A stretch of DNA of 64,000 nucleotides from Kiloniellaceae bacterium. Its GTDB lineage: Bacteria; Pseudomonadota; Alphaproteobacteria; Kiloniellales; J153. The notes beneath the pieces were generated by a model. That model searched no databases. It was not told the origin of the DNA and saw only the letters and a list, made by a program, of their open reading frames with translations. The stretch is taken from the NCBI GenBank assembly GCA_021776175.1, contig JAJFGJ010000016.1, forward strand, positions 10,107 to 74,106, in the 5' to 3' direction. The translations under genes were made by a program, and so were the position numbers. Of the stretch, positions 35,889-44,968 are shown piece after piece (positions within the stretch are counted from its first letter, which is position 1; every line of letters starts with the position of its first letter).

Positions 35889-38258
35889 CTAGATCTTGAC
35901 CGAGCGCAGCCTTAGCGCGTTGCCGATCACCGATACGGACGATAGGCTCATGGCCGCGGCGGCGAAAATCGGTGAGATCAAAATGCCGAAGAACGGGAAC
36001 AGGATACCCGCCGCCACCGGCACGCCGGCGGCGTTATAGATCAGCGCGAAGAACAGGTTCTGCTTGATGTTGCGCATGGCCGCGCGCGAGAGCCGCCGGG
36101 CACGGACGATGCCGTTTAGATCGCCTTTCACCAGGGTAAAACCGGCACTCTCGATCGCCACGTCGGCGCCGGTGCCCATGGCGATACCGACGTCCGCCTG
36201 CGCCAGCGCGGGCGCGTCGTTGACGCCGTCGCCCGCCATGGCGACCTTGCGGCCTTGGGCCTGCAATTCCTTGACCATCTGCGCCTTGTCTTGCGGCATG
36301 ACATCGGCGCGTATCTCGTCGATACCGAGCCGCGCGGCCACCGCCCTGGCCGTGCGCTCGTTATCGCCGGTCGCCATGATGATGCGAAAGCCCTGCGCGT
36401 GCAGTTCCTTGAGCGCATCGGGAGTCGTTTCCTTGACCGGATCGGCGACCGATACGAGGCCGGCGATTGCGGAACCGGCGATGACGAACATCACCGTCTC
36501 GCCCTCGTCGCGCCGGGCATTGGCGATCTCAGACAGGGTGCCGCCATCGAGACCCAGGTCGGCAACCAGCTTGGCATTGCCGAGCGCCACCGCCTTGCCG
36601 TCGACGACGCCCGTTACCCCCTTGCCGGTGATGGCCTCGAAGTCCTCCGCCTTGGCCAAGGCAAGACCGCGCTTCTCGGCCCCGGCGACGATCGCTTCGG
36701 CGAGGGGATGCTCCGAGCCCCGCTCCAGGCTCGCGGCCAGGCGCAGGATCTCGTCCTCGTCATGGCCGGCTTCAGGCAGGACCGCCGCCAGCTTCGGTTT
36801 GCCGAGGGTCAGGGTGCCGGTTTTATCGACGATCAAGGTATCGGCCTTGGCGAAGCGTTCCAAAGCCTCGGCATTCTTGATCAAGACGCCCGCCTGCGCG
36901 CCCCGGCCCGTCGCCGTCATGATCGACATGGGCGTCGCCAGGCCCAGCGCGCAGGGGCAGGCTATGATCAAGACCGAAACCGCCGCGACCAAGCCGTAGG
37001 CGAGCGCCGGTGCCGGGCCCCAGATCGCCCAGACGATGAAGGCCAGGATCGCGACACCGATCACCGCCGGCACGAACAGTCCGGCTACGGAATCGGCGAG
37101 TTTTTGGATCGGCGCGCGGCTGCGCTGCGCGCTCGCGACCATCTCGACGATTTGGCTGAGCATGGTGTCGGCACCGACGCGCCTGGCCTCCATCACCAGA
37201 CTGCCGGTGCCGTTGATCGTGGCGCCGGTTACCGTTGCGCCCGCGACCTTCTCGACCGGAACCGCCTCGCCGGAAATCATGGATTCGTCGATCGACGAGC
37301 GGCCCTCGACCACTATCCCATCGACAGGAACCTTGTCGCCCGGGCGCACACGCAAGCGGTCGCCGGCCTTGACATCCTCGAGCGGGATCTCCTCCTCGCG
37401 CCCATCCGCGCGGATGATCCGGGCGGTTTTCGCGGCAAGATCCAGGAGCGCGCGGATCGCGGCTCCCGTGCGCTCGCGCGCGCCAAGCTCCATCATCTGT
37501 CCGAGCAGAACCAAAACCACGATCACCGCGCCGGCTTCGAAATAGACACCGACATTGCCTTGCGCATCCTGGAACCCGGCCGGGAAAACTCCCGGCACGA
37601 GCACCGCGACGACGCTGAAGGTAAAGGCCGCGCCGACACCCATGGCAATGAGCGTGAACATGTTCAAATTGCCGCTGGCCACGGACTTGACGCCGCGCAC
37701 GAGGAACGGCCAGCCGGCCCACAGAATAACCGGCGTGCCCAGGAGAAGTTCGATCCAAAGGGTCGCCCGCTCGCCCAAGATATCGCGGACAAATCCGAGC
37801 CCAACCAAGGGCCCCATGGTCAGCACCAGAAGCGGAGCCGTCAACACGGCGCCGACCAGGAAACGGCGCTTGAAATCGACCAGCTCCGGGTTTGGCCCTT
37901 GATCGGCGGCCGGTATTCCCATGGGCTCCAGCGCCATGCCGCAGATCGGGCAATCTTCCAGCGCGTCGCGCACGATTTCCGGGTGCATCGGACAGGTGTA
38001 TTTGGTGCCCTTGGGCTGGTTCTTAGCTTTTTCCCTGTGGGCTCCCGAAAGGAAATGCTCGGGATCGGCGGCGAACTTGGTGTGACACCCTTGCGCGCAA
38101 AAATGATAGGTCTCGCCCTTGTGCTCCCAACTAGGCTTGCCCTGATCCAGCTTTACCGTCATGCCGCAAACCGGATCCTTGACCGTCATGGCGTCAGGTG
38201 GGTCGCTTGCTTGGCTGGAAGGATGGCAGCCGTGATCTCGGTGATCGATGTTACCCAT
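35889..38258 (-). CDS. copA: copper-translocating P1B-type ATPase with TRASH/YHS-type N-terminus
   Basis: 789-aa ORF with CPC ([13 protein letters not shown]), DKTGTLT and GDGVNDAP. The N-terminus carries DPVCGMTV...[12 protein letters not shown] (TRASH/YHS) and YTCPMHPE...CPICGM instead of an HMA GMxCxxC domain. Confidence 0.9.
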   Translation of the reverse strand: MGNIDHRDHGCHPSSQASDPPDAMTVKDPVCGMTVKLDQGKPSWEHKGETYHFCAQGCHTKFAADPEHFLSGAHREKAKNQPKGTKYTCPMHPEIVRDALEDCPICGMALEPMGIPAADQGPNPELVDFKRRFLVGAVLTAPLLVLTMGPLVGLGFVRDILGERATLWIELLLGTPVILWAGWPFLVRGVKSVASGNLNMFTLIAMGVGAAFTFSVVAVLVPGVFPAGFQDAQGNVGVYFEAGAVIVVLVLLGQMMELGARERTGAAIRALLDLAAKTARIIRADGREEEIPLEDVKAGDRLRVRPGDKVPVDGIVVEGRSSIDESMISGEAVPVEKVAGATVTGATINGTGSLVMEARRVGADTMLSQIVEMVASAQRSRAPIQKLADSVAGLFVPAVIGVAILAFIVWAIWGPAPALAYGLVAAVSVLIIACPCALGLATPMSIMTATGRGAQAGVLIKNAEALERFAKADTLIVDKTGTLTLGKPKLAAVLPEAGHDEDEILRLAASLERGSEHPLAEAIVAGAEKRGLALAKAEDFEAITGKGVTGVVDGKAVALGNAKLVADLGLDGGTLSEIANARRDEGETVMFVIAGSAIAGLVSVADPVKETTPDALKELHAQGFRIIMATGDNERTARAVAARLGIDEIRADVMPQDKAQMVKELQAQGRKVAMAGDGVNDAPALAQADVGIAMGTGADVAIESAGFTLVKGDLNGIVRARRLSRAAMRNIKQNLFFALIYNAAGVPVAAGILFPFFGILISPIFAAAAMSLSSVSVIGNALRLRSVKI

Positions 38259-38294
38259 GGGGATTTCCTAGGCCGGAGTTTCTATGGACGGAGA

Positions 38295-38325
38295 GCTATA
38301 CAGCTTCCAGCCACTGGAACGTCAA
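38295..38325 (-). promoter_or_regulatory. MerR-family (CueR/HmrR-type) promoter of copA
   Basis: The reverse strand reads TTGACG (38320-38325), a 19-nt spacer, then TATAGC (38295-38300). The spacer contains the dyad TTCCAG-TGG-CTGGAA (38305-38319). The 19-bp spacing is the MerR-family hallmark. Confidence 0.6.
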
Positions 38326-38419
38326 TAGCCTATGGGTTCTCCAAGCGGTGGGGCTAGAGGACCTCGCGGGCCTTGGGTGGGCTGGCAAGCCGGAATAAAG
38401 CGGTAGCGGGGGAAGGAAC

Positions 38420-38635
38420 CTAGCCGCTGTCGCCCAGCCCGCGCCTCTGGTGCTCGTCCATGGCCAACACCAGCAGCGCCAAAACAGCTTTCGTGGCGTT
38501 CGAGCATCCAGCGGTCACCCGGCCATCTTTCCACAATACCGAGACAGCTACCGCGTCGATATCTTCAAGATTGTCCAAACCGGACGAAAATATCTCGGCC
38601 ACCGTGGTGCCGTGCAAGCTTTGGATATCCGTCAT
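38420..38635 (-). CDS. hypothetical 71-aa protein
   Basis: Track ORF trimmed to the ATG at 38635, behind a GGGAG Shine-Dalgarno (MTDIQSLHGTTVAEIFSSGLDNLEDIDAV...). No family recognised, and GC is lower than in neighbouring genes. Confidence 0.4.
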   Translation of the reverse strand: MTDIQSLHGTTVAEIFSSGLDNLEDIDAVAVSVLWKDGRVTAGCSNATKAVLALLVLAMDEHQRRGLGDSG

Positions 38636-38741
38636 TACCGTACTCCCTGGCCATGGCTGACCGCGTGAGCGGTCAAAATCTTTTCTTACCGGCCGGATCG
38701 AACCTCGATGATCCGGCACGGCCGCTTGGACGCTGCCTCCT

Positions 38742-40295
38742 TCACCGGCGCGGCCCGTTATGTTCGACGGACCCGGTGGGCGTGAGCATGGTATTGGTCA
38801 AGCGGCGCTCGTCGTGATTCATGCGCCAGGACAGCATTTTACCCGCATATTCGAGGACCAGGTCCCGGTAGTCCGGATCGCCGGCCAGATTGGTGAACTC
38901 CATCGGGTCCTGTTCCAAATCGAAGAACAGTGGCGGCAGCGACGTGAAGTGCACGTACTTGTAGCGCTCGCCCCGGATCACATTCATGGCGCATTGGTCC
39001 GGCGTGAGGCCGAGAGCCGATTCGTATTTCCGCTCGAGGACATCGCGGAAGTCGTATTCCCAATGGGCCTCGCGCCGCCAATCGCCCGGGTCCGTGCCAT
39101 GACAGAAGGGCAGCAGCGACAGACCGTCGCATTGGTTAGGCACCTTGAGGCCGAGCCATTCTAGGATCGTCGGCATGATGTCCACGTTTTCCGTGAAGGC
39201 GTCGATCCGGCGGCCGCGCCCGGTCTCGGTTCTCGGATCGCGCAGGATAAGCGGAATGTGGAAGGACTGGTCGAAGTAACCGTATTTGCCGAACAACCAG
39301 TGATCGCCAAGTTGCTCGCCATGATCCGAGGTGAAAACGATGAGCGTCCGGTCGTACTGCCCCTCGGCCTTGAGAAAGTCGATCAGGCGCCCAATCTGGT
39401 CATCCACCTCGGACATCATGGCGTAGTAGGTGGCGCGCACCTGCCGCAGCTCGGATTCCGTGAATTTCAGGCTGTCGCTTGTCGTCAAGCCGACCGAGGC
39501 CCCGGTGCCTTCCTGGCTGAACAGGTACTGGGCGAGCCAGGGATGCTGCCGGGCCTCTTGCTCGGGACTCGCCGCGCGCCGGGGAAAGGGGACATCGGCG
39601 GGATCGTAGAGGTCGTGGTAAGGTTCCGGCACGATGAAGTGAGGATGCGGCGCCAGATAGGAAATGTGGGCGAACCAGGGGCGGTCGCGGCGCACCGCGA
39701 TGTATTTGATCGCCTCGCCGGTGAGGAACGCGGTGTTGCTGTCCTCGGCCTTGTAAATGGCCGGCGCGTAGGTCGGGCCACGTTCGGCAGCGCCGGGGAA
39801 GTTGGCCTTGGGAAGGAACACCCCTTTGTTACCGGGCGGAATCTCATAACCCTTGTGCCGTAAATCGGCGAGCCACGAAAGCTGATCGTCCTTGAGCAAG
39901 ACAATCGGCGTCATGCCCGGCAACAGCCCCTCATAGCTGCGGACGGCGGGGTCCCCTGGGTGATGGAGACGCGGGTCCGCGCTCACGTCGGTATAGCCGA
40001 ACAAGGCCGGCTCGTAGCCCGCCTTACGAGCCTCCAGCGCCACGTTGGAGTGGCGCGCGTCGAGCGGCGTGCCGTTCACCACCGAGCGGTGATTCTGCAG
40101 ATACATACCGGTATAGAGCGAGGCCCGGCCGGGTCCACAGGGCGTGGCCTGCGAATAATGCCGGGCAAACAGCGCTCCCTCGGCGGCGAGCCGATCGAGG
40201 TTGGGAGTCTTCACGCACGGATGACTCAAGGCGGAAAGGCAATCGCCCCGCCACTGATCCGCGGTGATGAACAGGACGTTCAGGGGATCGCTCAC
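38742..40295 (-). CDS. cytoplasmic sulfatase-family hydrolase (arylsulfatase / phosphonate-monoester-hydrolase-like)
   Basis: 517-aa ORF with no signal peptide. The N-terminus is NVLFITADQWRGD and the formylglycine motif is C-G-P-G-R in TPCGPGRASLYTG. Confidence 0.8.
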   Translation of the reverse strand: MSDPLNVLFITADQWRGDCLSALSHPCVKTPNLDRLAAEGALFARHYSQATPCGPGRASLYTGMYLQNHRSVVNGTPLDARHSNVALEARKAGYEPALFGYTDVSADPRLHHPGDPAVRSYEGLLPGMTPIVLLKDDQLSWLADLRHKGYEIPPGNKGVFLPKANFPGAAERGPTYAPAIYKAEDSNTAFLTGEAIKYIAVRRDRPWFAHISYLAPHPHFIVPEPYHDLYDPADVPFPRRAASPEQEARQHPWLAQYLFSQEGTGASVGLTTSDSLKFTESELRQVRATYYAMMSEVDDQIGRLIDFLKAEGQYDRTLIVFTSDHGEQLGDHWLFGKYGYFDQSFHIPLILRDPRTETGRGRRIDAFTENVDIMPTILEWLGLKVPNQCDGLSLLPFCHGTDPGDWRREAHWEYDFRDVLERKYESALGLTPDQCAMNVIRGERYKYVHFTSLPPLFFDLEQDPMEFTNLAGDPDYRDLVLEYAGKMLSWRMNHDERRLTNTMLTPTGSVEHNGPRR

Positions 40296-40445
40296 GCTTG
40301 GCCTCGCACGGGGGTTGAATCCGGTGCGGACCGTAATCTCAAGCGGCGCCGGGTGTCAACGAATGACAGCCGTTTCCATGGCAAGTGCGGGAACAAACCG
40401 GAGCGACATATGGGTGCCGGCGGGGCGCCCCCGATCAGCCTAAGA

Positions 40446-40468
40446 CCGGGGTCACTTCTTCACCCCGG
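40446..40468 (-). terminator. Stem-loop after the Opp-type ATPase gene
   Basis: CCGGGGT (40446-40452) pairs with ACCCCGG (40462-40468). The downstream tract is only weakly U-rich. Confidence 0.3.
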
Positions 40469-40494
40469 GAAGACAGGAAACAGCGGCGATAGAG

Positions 40495-41499
40495 TCACGC
40501 GCGCGAGAGGTTCAACTCATCGGTGAAGTGACAGGCGGCGAAGTGTTCGTCGTCCATTTGGCGCCACTCGGGGCTTTCCACCTTGCAGCGGTCCCGCGCG
40601 AAGGGACAGCGTGTGTGGAACTTACAGCCCGGCGGCGGGTTTATCGGGCTTGGAATTTCGCCTTCAAGCTTGATCGCCTTTTTTTCCGCATCCGGGTCGA
40701 GGTGGGGAATAGCCGAAAGCAAAGAATGGGTATAGGGGTGGCGCGTATTCGCGAACAATTTTTTGGTTGGCGCGATCTCGACTATCTGGCCCAGATACAT
40801 GACCGCGACATGATCGCAAGTGTGCGCCACGACAGAAAGGTCATGGGATATGAAAAGGAACGTAAGCCCCAATTCTTTCTGCAAGGAATTCAGAAGGTTG
40901 AGAATATCCGCCTGAATCGACACGTCCAGCGCGGCGACACATTCATCGGCCACCAGAAAACGCGGATTGCAGACCAGGGCCCGGGCGATGGAGATACGTT
41001 GGCGCTGACCGCCCGAGAAGGCATGGGGGAATCGCCTCAGATGCTCGAGGTTGATGCGGCATTTGGCGGCTATTTCGCGAACCCGCTCGTCGGTTTCCTG
41101 GCGTGAGGACGTGATCTTCATCACCTCCAGGGGCTCGGCGATGATGTCGCGCACGGTCATTCGCGGGCTGAGCGCGGCGTAGGGATCCTGGAAGATAAGC
41201 TGGCAGCGCTTGCGATACTCTTTGAGTTCGGCCTTCGACAGCGCGCGCAGATCCAAGTCAACCCCATTGTCGCGATACTGGACATGACCGCTTGTGAGCG
41301 GGACTGCTTTCAGCAGGGCGCGGCCCAAGGTCGTCTTGCCGGACCCGGATTCCCCAACCAGGCCAAAGAACGTGCCCGGGGCAATATCAATCGATACATT
41401 ATCCACGGCACGCACAAAGAGCTTTTTCCCGAACCCTGCCCCGCCAATTGGGAAGTGCACCGAGAGGTCGCGAACGGATATCAGGGGAGTTTCGGTCAC
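40495..41499 (-). CDS. Opp/Dpp-type ABC transporter ATP-binding protein (OppF-like)
   Basis: Walker A GESGSGKTT, signature FSGGQRQR, and a C-terminal Cys-containing oligopeptide-type tail. Confidence 0.9.
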   Translation of the reverse strand: MTETPLISVRDLSVHFPIGGAGFGKKLFVRAVDNVSIDIAPGTFFGLVGESGSGKTTLGRALLKAVPLTSGHVQYRDNGVDLDLRALSKAELKEYRKRCQLIFQDPYAALSPRMTVRDIIAEPLEVMKITSSRQETDERVREIAAKCRINLEHLRRFPHAFSGGQRQRISIARALVCNPRFLVADECVAALDVSIQADILNLLNSLQKELGLTFLFISHDLSVVAHTCDHVAVMYLGQIVEIAPTKKLFANTRHPYTHSLLSAIPHLDPDAEKKAIKLEGEIPSPINPPPGCKFHTRCPFARDRCKVESPEWRQMDDEHFAACHFTDELNLSRA

Positions 41500-42503
41500 G
41501 TCGAAGCCTCCACGAGCGGGGTCGCCGCAAAGCAGGAAACGCTATGCCCGGTGCCGAGGTCGGTTGTTTCCGGTAAATCCATGTTGCAGCGTCCAGCGAT
41601 GATCTCGGGACAGCGGGTATGGAACACACAGCCCGCCGGGCGTTCCAAGGGACTTGGAATATCGCCGGCAACAGGGGTCAGCGCCGCTCCGAGATCGTCG
41701 AGATCGGGCAAGGCCTTCAGAAGGCCTTTGGTATAGGGGTGCTTCGGCGCCTTAATGATCTGACGAACCGAACCGGTCTCGACAATCTTGCCCAGGTACA
41801 TCACGGCGACCCGGTCGGCGGTCTGCGCGATAACGCCTAAATCGTGGGTGATAAGCAAAACCGCCATGCCGTATTCAGAAATAAGATCCTTCATCAGATC
41901 CAAAACCTGGGCTTGAATAGTCACGTCAAGCGCGGTGGTCGGTTCATCCGCGATCAGAACCTTCGGCTGCGTCGACAGCGCCATGGCGATCATCGCGCGC
42001 TGACGCATGCCGCCCGATAGCTCGAAGGAATATTGGTCGAAACGAGCCTTGGCATCGGAAATACCAACGCGGTTAAGCATGTCGATGGATAATTCGCGCG
42101 CTTCGCGCTTGTTCATGGAACTGTGCAACAACAGTTGCTCGACCATCTGGCCGCCGATGGTGATGGCCGGAGCGAAGCTGGCCATGGGTTCCTGAAAGAT
42201 CATGGAAATCGCGCCGCCGCGAATGGTCATCATATCGCGCGGATTCTCGATCGAAAGGACATCGATGTCGCGGTCTTCGTGGCGCAGCACGATCTTACCG
42301 TCGCCGCCATAAGTTGTGTTGCCCGCGTTGAGCAGCATCAGCGACTTGGCGGTTACCGACTTGCCCGATCCCGATTCACCGACGAGACCGAGGATCTCAC
42401 CCTCCTTCAACTCGAAAGACACCCCATCGACCGCGGTAATCATGCCTTCATCGGTTTTGAAATCAACCGTGAGATTGTCGACGGTGAGAAGAGGACGGCT
42501 CAT
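41496..42503 (-). CDS. Opp/Dpp-type ABC transporter ATP-binding protein (OppD-like)
   Basis: Track ORF 41496..43367 trimmed to the ATG at 42503 (MSRPLLTVDNLTVDF...). Walker A GESGSGKS, signature LSGGMRQR. Confidence 0.9.
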   Translation of the reverse strand: MSRPLLTVDNLTVDFKTDEGMITAVDGVSFELKEGEILGLVGESGSGKSVTAKSLMLLNAGNTTYGGDGKIVLRHEDRDIDVLSIENPRDMMTIRGGAISMIFQEPMASFAPAITIGGQMVEQLLLHSSMNKREARELSIDMLNRVGISDAKARFDQYSFELSGGMRQRAMIAMALSTQPKVLIADEPTTALDVTIQAQVLDLMKDLISEYGMAVLLITHDLGVIAQTADRVAVMYLGKIVETGSVRQIIKAPKHPYTKGLLKALPDLDDLGAALTPVAGDIPSPLERPAGCVFHTRCPEIIAGRCNMDLPETTDLGTGHSVSCFAATPLVEAST

Positions 42504-42505
42504 GC

Positions 42506-43711
42506 TCAATGCCCCGAGTAAGGATCGGCGGCGTCGCGTAGTCCGTCGCCGACGAACACAAAGGCGAGCACCAGGGCCATGAAGAAGCCAGCCGGAATGA
42601 AGTACCATTGATAGTTCAGCAGCACATCCACCTTGGTCACGTTCTGCAGCAACACGCCGAGGCTGTTCACCGGGTCCTTCAAACCCAGGCCGATAAAGCT
42701 GAGCGCGGTCTCCGACAAGACCATGTAGGGAAACGAGATCACCAGATCGACGATGATATAGCTGGAGAAGCTGGGCAGCAGGTGGCGGCGGATGATGTGG
42801 CCGGGCGTGGCGCTGCACAGCTTGGCGGCGAGCACATATTCCTGGGAGCGCTCGGTCAGCAAATGGGTGCGCACGCGCCGCGCCAGGGTCGGCCAGCCGA
42901 TCAAGCCCAGAATAATGGAGATGAAGAAGAACCGCGTCTCCGCGCTCCATTCGTCGGGGACCATGGCTGCCAGGGCCATGAACAACGGGATCGCGGGCAC
43001 CGTGCGCACCGCGTCTGTGATCATCTGAAGTATGGAATCGGTCCAGCCACCCGCATAACCCGATACGCCGCCGATAATCAGGGCGAGCACGAAGGCGATA
43101 CCCACCCCGATGGTGCCTACCGCCAGCGACGTCCAGATCGCGAACATGGTCCGCGCGAATATATCTTTTCCCGCCGCTTCCGTACCGAAAAGATGGATCA
43201 TGCCCTGATCCATGCCGAAGAGATGCGTGTCGACCCGCCAGGTTTTCAAGCGAAGGTCGAAAGTGTCGCCGGGCAGGTCCAAATCGATGTTGATGATATA
43301 GAATTCCCAGCCCTTGACGAAAAGTTCCAGGTAGCGGCGCTCGTCTCTGTTGACCTGGGTTACCCAACGGAAATTGGTCGCGGCGGAGCGTGTACGCTCC
43401 AACTTGTAGAGGAAGGGTCGGAACGAGAATCCGTTTTCATCCCAAAACTTCGGGATTTGAGGCGCGCCGTTCTGATAGGTCGCGTCGCGCCCGGCGATAT
43501 TGGGATCGTAGGGCGATAGGAATGGCGCGGACAGCCCCATCAATATCATGACGATCAGGATCACCCCCGCCACCACCGCGGAGCGGTTCTTCTTGAACCG
43601 GGCCCAAATCAGCGCGTACTGGCCGGCGGTGAAATAGGCTTCCTTGGATTTGCGTTCGGCCTCGGAATCGGCCGCCGCCGTCTCTATGGTGCTTGGCGTG
43701 TCAGTCATCAT
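42506..43711 (-). CDS. Opp/Dpp-type ABC permease (OppC-like, long N-terminal extension)
   Basis: Trimmed to the ATG at 43711, an ATGA overlap with the upstream stop. 401 aa, polytopic. Confidence 0.85.
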   Translation of the reverse strand: MMTDTPSTIETAAADSEAERKSKEAYFTAGQYALIWARFKKNRSAVVAGVILIVMILMGLSAPFLSPYDPNIAGRDATYQNGAPQIPKFWDENGFSFRPFLYKLERTRSAATNFRWVTQVNRDERRYLELFVKGWEFYIINIDLDLPGDTFDLRLKTWRVDTHLFGMDQGMIHLFGTEAAGKDIFARTMFAIWTSLAVGTIGVGIAFVLALIIGGVSGYAGGWTDSILQMITDAVRTVPAIPLFMALAAMVPDEWSAETRFFFISIILGLIGWPTLARRVRTHLLTERSQEYVLAAKLCSATPGHIIRRHLLPSFSSYIIVDLVISFPYMVLSETALSFIGLGLKDPVNSLGVLLQNVTKVDVLLNYQWYFIPAGFFMALVLAFVFVGDGLRDAADPYSGH

Positions 43712-44721
43712 GCGCCTCCCATGATACCGCGGCGGACGCGTGGGTCGAGCAAGGCCAACATGATATCGGTAAGGAAGTTCAAGCCGATTATCGAAGCGGT
43801 CAGCATGAAAATGATGGCGCCGGCGAGTTGCTGATCGTTCGATCGCGCAAGGGATTCGAGCAACAGCGCGCCGGCCTCGGTCAGAGTCAGGATCAGGGCG
43901 ATGATAGGCAGTTCGTTGAAAATCCGGTTGAGATCGAACCCGAGGGAATTGATGATCGGCCCCAGGGCATGACGCGCCGGATAGCGCCACAGCAACTGAC
44001 GGCCGGATAGCCCGCGCGCCCGCGCCGCGGTGACATAGAGCTTGTTGTATTCATCGGACATCAGGGCACGCACGGTCTGCAGAGCAAAGGCGGTCGCCGA
44101 CCAGCCGAGGATGAACACCGGAAGCCAAGCGTGAGACAGGAAATTCATGAAGCGGTCGTAAGACCAGGCGGCGTCGCGGTACTCCTTGCTGAATAGACCC
44201 GTCAGGCTGTCGCCGAAGAGAATGGTCGAGGCCAACATGATCATCAAGGCGAGCAGGAAGTTCGGCATGGCCAGGCCAAGATATGAAACAAAGCGCAGGA
44301 TATTGTTGAGTCCCGGCTTATTCGTGGTGGCGGAGTAGATGCCGACCGGAATGGCGATGATATAGGCCAACAACAAGGACGCTAGGCAGATACCGAGCGA
44401 TATCCAGAATTTGGTGCCGAGCAGGTCATTGACCCGCACCCGTAAGATGCACGAGGTGCCGAAATCGCCGCGCACGAAGACATCGCTGACCCAGTTCACC
44501 CAGCGAGTCACGTAGGGCTTGTCCAGGCCCATGCGAATTTCTTCAGCCCGGATGTCTGCGATCGTGATCTGTTCGCCTTGGGTATTCTTAAACGCCATGT
44601 AGCGTTCAGCGCAGTTCGCGGGCACCAGCTCCATCAAACTAAATACGATGAAGGACACCATGAGCAACGTAACGACTGCCATGATGAACCGCATGATCAC
44701 GAAACGGCTAAACTGCAACAT
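43708..44721 (-). CDS. Opp/Dpp-type ABC permease (OppB-like)
   Basis: 337-aa polytopic ORF with the EAA-loop region YVTAARARGLS. Confidence 0.85.
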   Translation of the reverse strand: MLQFSRFVIMRFIMAVVTLLMVSFIVFSLMELVPANCAERYMAFKNTQGEQITIADIRAEEIRMGLDKPYVTRWVNWVSDVFVRGDFGTSCILRVRVNDLLGTKFWISLGICLASLLLAYIIAIPVGIYSATTNKPGLNNILRFVSYLGLAMPNFLLALMIMLASTILFGDSLTGLFSKEYRDAAWSYDRFMNFLSHAWLPVFILGWSATAFALQTVRALMSDEYNKLYVTAARARGLSGRQLLWRYPARHALGPIINSLGFDLNRIFNELPIIALILTLTEAGALLLESLARSNDQQLAGAIIFMLTASIIGLNFLTDIMLALLDPRVRRGIMGGA

Positions 44722-44780
44722 GCCCGGTGGCCCGCCCCCACTTTATCCCCAGCTAGCGCCCAATCGCTAATTGGAGATTA

Positions 44781-44938
44781 GGGTCTTTCCGGTTTCTATG
44801 GAATCGAAACCTGACCCTATATTGTTGTTTGGTCGTGTTTCCGAATTGCAATCCGTTATTAAAGTTTCCTGGAAACACTTTCGCCTAACTTGAGATTAGT
44901 TCGAGACGCCGCCGGGCACAATCGCGCGTGCCCGGCGG
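44781..44938 (-). other. Structured 247-bp intercistronic region between binding-protein and permease genes
   Basis: A nested hairpin GGGTC..GGTTTC..GAAACC..GACCC spans 44781-44817. GTGTTTCC (44835-44842) and GTTTCC (44864-44869) compete for GGAAACAC (44871-44878). An 11-bp GC stem joins 44909-44919 with 44928-44938. Confidence 0.5.
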
Positions 44939-44968
44939 TTCTCGAATTATATCGACTCTTGCTTGGTT

